Source: Klebsormidium nitens
Lineage: Eukaryota > Plantae > Klebsormidiophyceae
Direction of reading: 5' to 3'
DNA: 64,000 bases
Assembly (NCBI GenBank): GCA_000708835.1
Contig: DF237138.1
Location: forward strand, 62,001-126,000
The notes under the pieces were generated by a model. That model worked only from the letters and a program-made list of their open reading frames with translations. It was not told the origin of the DNA and ran no database searches. Below are positions 46,214-56,509 of this stretch, in pieces (positions within the stretch are counted from its first letter, which is position 1; every line of letters starts with the position of its first letter). A program made the translations under genes and the position numbers.

Positions 46214-49200
46214 ATGGCGGGTGTCCGGACGCCCCGCCAGACGGCCGATATGCGGACCACGGTTGTGGACAAGGACGATTCACATCCAGTGAAGGTGGTC
46301 CTGAGATGCAGGCCGGCGCTGGTCTCAGAGCTGCAGTATGGTGCCAATGCGGTGGCTGCAATGATAAACTACCCTAATGCAGTCCGAGTGCAGGTAAGCT
46401 TTGCGGTTCCAGCAAGGAATTCTAGCCGTGCGTTTCTGGTCGAGCGGATCGAGTCCGAGCTGCAGAAGGATGATTTAAGTAAACAAAACCCTGCTCTTTA
46501 TGTCTCAGTCTTCGTTCCTCACACTCAAAATATACTTCTTTCCATCTGTTTCAGAACTGCAGTGTTGACACCACATGACAGCTGTAACAGTCGGACGTTG
46601 TCGAAGTTACTCTCGAAAAGCATGCAAGCACCTGTCCGGGTAACGATTTAACCTGATTCTATATCAAACAATCTGTACGTTTATCCTTTCCCTTCTTCTA
46701 ATTCTGTCTCTCTGTCTCTATCTGTCATGAAAAGCTTTGCAAGCTGGACGATATTCCTTTGTGCGCCTCCCTGGTCTGTATGCCCTGTTGCTTCAGCTCG
46801 TCCATTCTATTTCATCCTCATTTCCCTTGGTAAGTTACCCCTTGTACGCAGAAACGGACCCTTGTAACTCGCTGATCGAATCGTCGAACCGCTCATCTTC
46901 ACCAACGAAGAAGCCTGAAAAGCTACTCAACCGGCGCTGCCTGCAGAAAGTCTTCTTGTTACGTCAATCGCCTGATCTTCGCAAGAGTCAAAATCTTCCG
47001 TTGCCAGCAAGCAGGACAAGCTGCATCAGCCGAACGCCGTTGTCTCCTTCATTGAGGAACTGGGGGCTTACTTCTCACCGAGAACTGCGCAGAGCGCGAT
47101 AAAACCAGCCGTCCTCATGCTATCGGTTGTGTTCACAGGAGAAGCTGTATCAGTCCCCACAGAGGAACCTGGAATGCTTGCGAAAGATGGCCATTTTTCT
47201 CCATGAATCAAGGAGTCTCATCTTATTCTCCGTGTCCAAACAAGTTCCTTCCCCCTCGTCTCCTCAGGACAAGCTGTACCACTTGGACGGCGTCTCCTTC
47301 GCCACTGAGGAGCCCGGGGATCTCGTCTACCGGCGCTTCACGGAACGAACCATCAGAAATCAACAGCGAATTGATCACTTCTCTTTCTTTTCCCTTCTAT
47401 TTTTCCCAGCTTTTTGGATCTGATGTCCCTATTTGAACGAAGTTTTCCCCTCCCTCCCCACAGGACAAGCTGTACCAGCTGGACGGCGTTTCCTTCGCGA
47501 CCGAGGAGCCCGGGGACCTCTTCTACCGGCGCTTCGTGCAGCAGAGCGTGGAGGACGCGCTGACCGGGGCGGACCGTACCGTGCTCATGTACGGGCCTAC
47601 GGGCACTGGCAAGACGTACACCATGTTCTCGTCGGCGGAGGGACTGGCGCACCTCGCGCTCAGACAGGTGCGTCGCTTTTGTCAATTTGCAGCAACGATG
47701 AAACGAGATTCTGACACCAAATGTCTTCAAAGGTCACACGTGCAGCTTTTCGGCCATGTGATTCTGCGGCTCGGAGCAAGGGGCTGAAGTAGGTCGTACA
47801 CCGATTGTGATCAAGCATTAATAGGGATCAGGTCTGAGGTGTTTATTTTGTGCAACCAAGGAGGTGCTTGCATTCAGTGACAGCCGATCTGCGACCAAAA
47901 CGTGACGAAGCGCGAGAGTCGACGTGCGTCGCCTCCTTTTCTGGCAGAATGTTTGATCGACAGGTCCAAAGTCTTACCTGATCAGGCAGTGTCTATTAGA
48001 ATTGCACAAGGAACCAACATTTCTTGCTACTTAGTAATGCAATGCATGCTTTGGAGCTGACGTTATTTTTCGCGCAGATCATGGGGGCACCTATAGACGG
48101 CGGGCGCAGTCTCAGCGTCGCCGCGAACGTGATGAAGATCCACAACGACAATATTTATTAAAGATTTCAATGCTTTGTAACACTGTAGTAGGCTCTGGAG
48201 CTGATGTTACATTCCGCGCAGAACATGGGAGCGACCGTGGACGACGGGCGCAAGATCAGCGTCGCCGCGAGTCTTGATTTACAACGAGAAGTTCATAATA
48301 ATCTCCACTGCTTCGTAACGCTGTATAGGCTCTGGGGCTCACATTACATTCCGCGCAGATCATGGGGGCGACTATGGACGACGGGCGCAAGATCAGCGTC
48401 GCCGCGAGCGTGATGGAGATCTACAACGAGAAGCTGATCGACCTCCTGGCGCCGTCTACCGGGCCGGGCAACACGTTCGGGGGGGGCGGGACGCCTAGCA
48501 AAGCCAGCCTGAAGGTGCAGAAGGGGCGGGTCCTCGGGGCGCAGTCGGTGAGTACGGAAAGCATGCGGAATCCTGATTGCTGACTTGCTTCTGAGTGATG
48601 ATCTTTTAGGAAGCTACGACCAATCTGGGAACCCACCTCAAGCTGCTGCGAGGCGCCATTCTGTCTCCTGAGTGATAAATCCGTCTCGGTTAACTTTGAG
48701 GTTACAGGTGACTCTGAAGAACCGCTGAAGTGGATTCCCAACCGGAAGAAATGCTCTTAAGCATGCCAGATTGCATTGCATGCCATGCTACTTCGATTTT
48801 CGACTAAGCCCCTTTCCGTTCAATTCAAGAGTTAGCATTTCTGTGTTTTTTGCTAATATCCTTGGGATTGACTCGCTAACCTGCTCGGTTTACCCCCCAG
48901 GTTACGTCGAGCGACCCAGTTGTACTGATGAAGCTGCTGGCGCCGGCGTTCAAGCGGCGCACAATCGCGGCCACCAACCTCAACAGCCTCTCAAGCAGAA
49001 GTCACTGCATCCTCACCTTTACCATCCTGGTAAGTGCGCTTCGAGGGAGGATGTAAACTTCTAGGGTTCCAGGATTCGCAGGCGAGTCCTTTCATCAGAA
49101 TTCTGATTAGTCAACAAATCTGCTCAGCATCCGTCCCAGAAGGACACGTTTGACGTGAAACTTCCGATGTTGAGTAACGTTTCCTGCTTCCAGCCGCTCG

Positions 49201-52200
49201 GCGGACGCATCCCTTCGTGGACCTGGCCGGGTCGGAACAATTCTGGCGCAGGGCCGACTAGTCCGGAATCACGCTTAAACTTACTCATCTTTTCCAATCG
49301 AAAGCCACCAGACTCTTCAGAACGCTTTTGCTTCACAGCCGCTCGCGGTCGCATCTCGTTCGTGGACCTGGCCGGTTCGGAGTCCCTGGGCGAATCTGGT
49401 GCAGGACCGATCAGTCCGGATGCACGCTTCAATCTGCTCAAATTGCTCAAAACAATGTCCAGAGTGAAAGCTATCAGACTCTTCAGAAGGCTTCTGCTTC
49501 ACAGCCGCTCGGCGGGCGCATCTCGTTTGTGGACCTGGCCGGTTCGAAGTCCCTGGGCGAATCTGGTGCAGGACCAATCATTCCAAACGCTCTGTTAATC
49601 TGCTCAGCACAGTTCCCCGAACCCGAAGCTATCGTATGATTGATGATTGCTTTTGCTTCACAGCCGCTAGGTGGGCGCATCTCGTTCGTGGACCTGGCCG
49701 GTTCGGAGTCCCTGGGCAAGTCGGGCGCGGTGGACGAGCAGGCGAAGCAGGCCGGGACGATCAATCAGGGACTGCTAGTCCTGCGGCGCGTTGTCGACGC
49801 GCTCGCCGCGAAGCAGGCCTTTATCCCGTACCGCGACAGCAAGCTCACGCTGCTGCTACAGGTGAGAAGCTGCCTTTGAAAGTTATCCACTTCTTTTTCT
49901 TGATTATAGCATGTCCTGGTTAGTTATGATGTGGTTCGATCCTCTCTCTTCAAAATGCGGGCCTCCATGTCCTATAGAGACAGCTGACGCTGCTGCCACA
50001 GGTTACAAATCCAATCTCTTCAGTTCCGCGGCGTTTCTCCTTTACAATGTCTGTTCCTTGCCGGTGAGTTGTAACCGTATGAAGATACAGTCATCCGTTC
50101 CCCATCGGAGCGCGGTCGCAAGAGAGCCTGGCGCGAGGCAATTCTCGCACGGTATAAGCTCAACCGACAAAGGCGGTATCTACAAAAGCATCATCGCGCT
50201 TTGCTGCAATACCCAATTCTTTGATTCAAGGCCCATAGCAGGGCCAGTCTTGAAAGCTGAAGCCCCGAAATCGTTCCGCAGGAGAGCCTCGGCGGCGGCT
50301 CGCACAAGCTGATGGTTCTGTGGACCTCGCCCTGCCCACCAAACCTCCACGAGACGATCATGCGTAACCCGTTGAAACACTACGTAAAACCTCGGGAATC
50401 AGACAATAGATCAGAAACTCAACCTCAGAGGATTGGAAATCCAACTTTACAAAGCCAGAATTGCTTGTTATTCACAGGAGAGTCTCGGCGGCGGCTCGCG
50501 CACGCTGATGGTCTTGTGCACGTCCCCCTGCCCCGCCGACCTCCACGAGACGATCGTAACGCTCCACTACGGCACGACCGCGCGCGACATCGTCCAGCTG
50601 AAGCCCGAAACCCCGAACCCCGCGGGCGCGGCCGCGGGCCGCGACGCGAGCCTGATCGAGATGCAGCTCAAGCTGAAGGACGAGATGATCGACCGGCTGC
50701 GGCAGCAGAACGAGGAACTAGAGCGGCGGCTGGCGGCGTTCGAGGTACGCGCGCGCGCGCGCAGATTCCTTAAAAACCAAATTCAGCGTCAACTTTGTTT
50801 CCAAGTCGTCGTTTCCTGCAACTTTGTTTTTGGTAGCAGTCGTCGTGACCGAATGAAGCTTTGGATCTCGGTGGACTTGCTGCGGTACCTGGGAACCAGA
50901 AAAGTATCTGCAAGCAGCTTTTGACAATGGTCTCCGAAGCCTGTGTGTCTGTAGAATAACCTCTTTTGCGAATCCAATATACTTGCTGTGCTTTGTATTC
51001 CTGACGTGACAGACGGGGAGCCTCTATTCGAAGGGCTGAAGCTCTGATGTTCCCCTCTAAATTGATCTGAGCCCAGACTCGAGGAATTCTGAGACATCTT
51101 GACCACTGACAGCCACAAACCCTCACAAACGGCACGATGGAGCAAGAAACGACGATTCTCCAGGGCATAGAAGCAGTTCTCCGTCACACCACCTACCTTG
51201 CGACTGTTCCAAAGGATCGTAAATGGGAGACGTTTTCTATTCTTTCTGCAAGTCCCTGAAAGGAACGGATAAAACCCCCATATACCTAAAACCCTCCTGT
51301 GAAAAGGAGCAAATCTCAAGTCCTGCCTGTTGAACTTTTCCGGAGGACAACTTGGTAACAACTTGTTTCCCAATCCATTTGCAACTTTGCAGGCCGCCCG
51401 GTACGCACCCGCCCTCCGCGCCGGCTACAGCAACCCCCTCAGCCCCGAGGATTCCGACGCAGACAGTTCCGTCAACGGAAACGATTCCGTCTACGACGAC
51501 GACGGAATGAGCGTCTCCAGCGAGCCGCTCGCCGAGCGGACGCTCATGTCGCCGCTTGGGAGGGGCGTTCCGGCTTTTGTAGGCGGCGGAATCGGAATCC
51601 AGGGCGGCGGAATCGGGGGCTCCGCGAGCGAGTGCACTTCTCCGACGGAAGGAGCGTCGCCGATCAGCGGAACGAAGCCGAAGAAGGAGTGGAAGCTGGA
51701 AATTTGGCGGCGCGCGAGCAAGGCCGCACGGGCACAGGTAAAGTTTCGAATCTTACATGTGCTTCGTCTCATAAGAAATGCACAAGGGTCGGGGTTGCTG
51801 ATATTAAGTCATGAAGATGGTGATACTCTGGCGGTCCTTGCTACTGTGTGCGACTCGCACTAACAGCGTTGCCGAGTACACAAGAGGGAATCGGACAGCT
51901 TTCTCCGAATTCTTAAAACGTGGGACTTGAATTGAAATGGTCCGCCCAGTCCGGCGCTTTCCAATCATGTACCGCCCTTTGACAGGCGCCTTCAAGGAGC
52001 GCTGTTTACTCTGAGCTTTGAGACGTTACTGATCGCCTCAACTGGGTGTCCGTCGTTGCGGATTGCATTCTTTCGTTATCTAACGTCACATTTCCCGATG
52101 CTGCAGCACAACATTATCAGAGCAGCGGCGGCCTGCTTTCTATCGTATACAATGCAGAAGGGGAGGGTGATGCCAGAGTCTCTCTGTCTGACTTCAGCAT

Positions 52201-55058
52201 TCTCTACGGATGCAGCACAACGCGGTGAACGCGTTCCGGGATGCCCTCAGCGAGAGCCGCCAGCGGAGCGCCTCCGCGGCCGCGCGCGGAATGGGGATCC
52301 GTCCCCCGGGCACCGACCGGTGGAGGTCCCAGTCGCAAGAGGGACCCCTTCCGAAGACGCTCTTCCTCGAGACGGATTCCGGTGAAGAACCAGCGGAAGG
52401 GTACGGGTTGCTAAGCCGAAGCGCAGAGGGAATGCTGGAGAGCCCCGCCGAAACCCGGCGGTACGTCGGAACAGAGAGGTACCCGGAAGACGAATCCGAT
52501 GATTCCGGCGCGGAGTCCGGTTCCGGTCCCCTGGAGAACGGGCAGGCGGAAAACGAGGCTGTAGAAGCCGTTTCGCCAGAGGAGGAAGTACCACCAGCGG
52601 AGGGTTCTGCGCTCATGGCGGAAGGAAGTTCGGGAACGAGAACGGAATCGCACTCAGCGGAAATGGAACGGACCTCGTTTCTGAAGCGGTTCTCGTTGGC
52701 AATTCGGGGGCTGGTCACCGACCCAGTAGCCGAAGGAAGGGCCAACGAAGACCCCGGGTTAGTTGAACCGGTCTCGGAAGACTTTGAGTTTGACAGCCCG
52801 CGTTCCAAACAGCGCCCTGGAGGTTCCACCGGGGATGACGTTGGCAGTGACGAACGCCAAACCGGCTCTCAGAGTAGCGACATTCCAGACCGGGACACAG
52901 TACAAGTAGTAAACTCGACCACCGTGAACGGTTATCCCAAACCCCCGGTTAGTGTTACCGAGCACAAGTTGGCTGAGGGAGAAGGCAAGTCGAGTGCCCG
53001 GTGGACTTTACTGGGAGCGAGGCACGATCCAGACGCGGAGCGCTGGTTGGTCGCTGGGAACGAGAGCGGACGGTTTACCCGCAGCCTGTCGCAGGACCTG
53101 GCTTCCGTTGTGGCAACGGCACAGGAGCCGCTTTCCGCCGGAACCACCGGAAACGGAAAGGGCGAAGCCGACCACAAACGGACGCCCAGCTTTGACCGGC
53201 AGCAATCGGCAAACCAGTACTTCGATGCGGTAGAGACCCTTCTGATACCGGGCCCGGAAAGTGACGTCGACGGCGGTTCCGTTCAAGGTCAGCGGAACGG
53301 CGGTGCTCGAACGGAAGATTCCGCTTATGAGTCTTTCGGGCTCGAAGCTTTGGCGGAAAGCGGAGACAGGCGAGTTGCGGACGGTGCCGGAGATTCAACA
53401 GACCGCCCGACAGCGGAGTCCGTTGCGTTGGACGGAACGCGCCCAAACGCAATGCTCGCAGACGGAACACAGGGATCGGAAGCGGCTCAGTACGTTTTGC
53501 ACGTCAAAGTGGAAGGCCGGGGGGGTGAAATCGTGGGCAGTCTGAGGGAGGTGGAGAAGGGGATGACGCTGGATGGGCTGCGGAGCCTCATCCAAGAACG
53601 GCTCGGGGGGAAGGCCCCGGGCACTTTTGCCTTCCTGATGCTCGATGTGAGTTTAAAGCTTGTTTTTCCTTTCAGCTTCCACCCCTCTTTTACCGTCTTC
53701 TGACGCTTTTCGCTCGCAGTTGGGTTCTACCTAGCCTCCTGCGTTTACAAGACCCTTCGAGACTCAGAAGTGTTAGCCTACCCCAGCAAAGTTGTTCCAA
53801 ATGCAAATCTGTCTTGTTAACAGTCCTCTGGTTAAAAGTTCTCTAGGATTTCGCATCGCCTTCCACTGTCAGCCATTCCAATCGAGCAACTAGTATCGTA
53901 GACTTCAGATACGGACTCGTCTGCTTCAAATGTTCTTCGATCTTCGTCTCCATGTTTGTATGCCTAGAGTAGCCTCGACGTTCAACATCTTTCTGAAAGT
54001 AAACCATTCATACCCTGCAGGGGATTGCAAGCGCTGCGATTCAACGAACTCACGAGCCGTCTGTGACCATCAGTTCGCTCCCCGACTTCCCAACGCAAGC
54101 CGGCAGCCTCCCCTGCAAGATGGTTTGCCTGCGAGTCCCAGCGGGCAGCCGACGCGCCTCCGCCGAGCAGCCGGTAAACCCTTTCCTTACCCCCGCGGAT
54201 GCGGCCGCGAACAGCCGCCGCGCGACCCTCGACGAGCCAATAAACCCTCGCCAAACCCCTGGGGAGGGGACCGACGCGGCCGGATTTGCGCCCGACGGGT
54301 CTGTCTCCGGAAAGGAAACGCTGCACAACGGAAACGGTGCCGCCAGGCGGAGTTCCGGCGGAAGGAAAGAGCGGAAGTCCTCGTCCGGCGACGCCCACGC
54401 GGGGGCCCCGCCTGGAACGGTTGCCGAGGAAGAGCGGACCGGAAGCGTTCAGCGGAAAGGAGCGGAAGGGCGGGCTCCGGTGCAGAGCAAGCGGCGGGCC
54501 GCCATCGAGGCCTCGTTGACGGCAGGAGCGACCGGAAACCGGCGGCGCAGCTCGTACTCCGACGCCAAAACAGGGCCCCCCGAGGACCGCCAGCCGTCCC
54601 CGCAGAGCGTCTCCCGGAGGGCGTCCGTAACCCGGTCGTCAGCAGCAGATAACCGGGGTTTAGCGGAGATCCTTCCAGAGGGGGTCATTCAAGAGCGGGC
54701 CAACCAACCCCCGGGCGTTGATGAAGCTGCAACGTCGGCGCTGACGTCAGCGGACGGGACGGGCGCGGTTCGGAAGATGGAGCGGCGCGCGAGCGGAGGG
54801 GAACTGCTGACGTCAGCGCGGAAGGCTGACGTTAGCGTGCGGTCAAGCCTGGACGGCCTCCAGAAGCACCGCCAAAATCCGGCGATCATGAAGTGGGTTA
54901 AGGAGCGGCTGCTTGCCCGGGAGAAGAACGGAGTGGCCGGGGGGATCCCTCCCGAGCAGGATGCCATGCTCAAAATGGCGGCATCCAGACTGATCGGGAA
55001 TATGGAAGAGTTGTGGCAGTTGGGCCCCGGGCCGTTGAAGATCGGCGGGGTGATATGA
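46214..55058 (+). CDS. N-terminal-motor kinesin resembling plant PAKRP2/KINID1, with a long low-complexity tail, 1326 aa, 9 exons
   Basis: join(46214..46393,47464..47667,48359..48547,48901..49029,49664..49861,50478..50744,51393..51737,52216..53646,54021..55058), frame-consistent (3981 nt). P-loop MYGPTGTGKT, MEIYNEKLIDLL, switch I NSLSSRSH, switch II FVDLAGSE, INQG, IPYRDSKLTLLLQESLGG. HPVKV, INQG and LMVLCTSP...TLHYG recall PAKRP2 (from memory). Short coiled coil after the motor. Confidence 0.9.
46740..47463 (+). repeat. Echoes of the kinesin exon-2 acceptor plus 5' segment (3 clear and 2 very decayed copies)
   Basis: cag|GACAAGCTG-type starts at 47015, 47139 and 47268 versus the true exon at 47464 (spacings 124, 129, 196 bp). 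Remnants near 46900-46960 and 46740. Confidence 0.85.
48065..48358 (+). repeat. Echoes of the kinesin exon-3 acceptor plus 5' segment (2 copies)
   Basis: cgcgcag|ATCATGGGGGC starts at 48078 and 48222 versus the true exon at 48359 (spacings 144, 137 bp). Confidence 0.92.
49180..49663 (+). repeat. Echoes of the kinesin exon-5 acceptor plus switch-II segment (3 copies)
   Basis: cttc(a)cag|CCGCTCGG...GTGGACCTGGCCGG starts at 49194, 49339 and 49505 versus the true exon at 49664 (spacings 145, 166, 159 bp). Confidence 0.93.
50110..50477 (+). repeat. Echoes of the kinesin exon-6 acceptor plus 5' segment (2 copies)
   Basis: gcag|GAGAGCCTCGGCGGCGGCTCGCAC at 50282 and a decayed gagagcctggcgc at 50122, versus the true exon at 50478 (spacings 160, 196 bp). 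Confidence 0.85.
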
Positions 55059-56509
55059 CATAGAGCTAGTCCACTTGACCCCAGGTCATACAGTAATCCC
55101 TCTTCACAAGCCTGGCTCTGCAACCGCTACTTTACGCGCGCGATCCCAATGTAGCTAGATCCTCTGGTCTCTCTACCTGAAATTCGCAGAGGTCTACCAC
55201 ACATGTATCTGATTGAGAAACACACAGTTCATACATGTATGCCATGAGAAGCCTACGGCGAGTACGAAAAGAGACCATCCTAGATGCATCATTCCAATTT
55301 TACAGGGCGGCCGGGGGCTGTACGAGGCGCATGTTCATTGCCATGTTAAAATAAATTATTATTGTCTACATAGACAGCAATGTAGTGACAGCTGTGCGGT
55401 AACTTATGCTTGCGCACAGTAATTAGGCACAGTAATCAGGCAGGTAGGGCCGGGTGTGCAAATCTCGATCCAAGTATCCACGTAGCACGTAATGTGTTGC
55501 AGGCCGGCCGGGCTCTTGTCGAGAGTCAGCGCGCAAGTGCGAAGTCAAGATCACGTGCCAGCGGGCTTGATTGCCAGCACGCATATGCTGGCTTTCCTAT
55601 CTGGTTTGAGCAATCTGAAATCACGCAGCATTCATTCATGATAGGTTGCGCTAGATGAAAGCCCATCAAATGGGAATTCACAACCCATCATTATGCATTA
55701 AGTCGGCGGCTCGCACTGCCGCCCGGCGAACGATGCTTGCAGTACACGTTGTATCTAATCCTCATGCATCTAATCAGCATGTACGGTGGATTGACATGGC
55801 ATGCGGGCAACAGTTAAATCAGCTGGGCGCAGCCCTTTTTCCTTTTTGCGGCAAACTTATTGGGCGCATGCACCGTGACGCGCGCCGCGCGGCCCTCGCC
55901 TAGCTTCAAGTTTGGATTTTTCGTTCGTGCAATTTGAAAACTAAACGGACATATAAGTGGAGGCGTCCGTACATGCGCGCAACCATCTCATTCGCTATAC
56001 CCAACAAATTGTTGCATGTTGAGATCCATTTGCGTGCTCTTATTGCATGGGGTATATGCACTCATGTCTTTCAGTGATTCGCGATCCGCGGCCGCCCAAA
56101 CCCACGCGCACACCAGCGTGTCACTGTCACCCGGTGCGCCTTTCGCATGCGCCCTCCATGCGCCATTAGCAGAAAGTGCAAGCTTGCCAGGCTGGCAAGC
56201 TCTATAAGTGACGTCGTCGACTGCATCGCTGAATTACAGCATCCGCTTACTATCACTCCAAGATCAAGTCAGTATAATGTAATTTGTTACCACGATAATG
56301 AATATGAGTCAATTTGCGATCTACGAGTTAACCAATTATGCGATGTCAAGGCGCTAAGCATAACTGCAAGGTTTGCTTTGCCTGCCGGTCTCTAGCAGAT
56401 TCAACGAGTAAGTCAGACTCAGCCGCTTCTACTACTAACCGGCCCCAAACCAGACACTTCCTGCCAGACCCTTGGCAGAGATTTCGGACCCTTCTGCTTT
56501 ACCTTAACT

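Noticed and set aside
46740-50477. Regularly spaced ~140-200 bp repeats as a CRISPR array or satellite
   Set aside because: The repeated units are copies of the adjacent exon and splice site, they decay progressively, and there are no unique spacers or cas genes. The DNA is eukaryotic.
55100-56450. Palindrome-rich intergenic tracts (GCATGC, TGCGCA; also near 2.4-2.8, 15.5-16.0 and 35.8-36.4 kb) as structured ncRNAs
   Set aside because: Only short hexamer palindromes, with no extended stem or shared homology detected. They may reflect the composition of convergent 3' regions.
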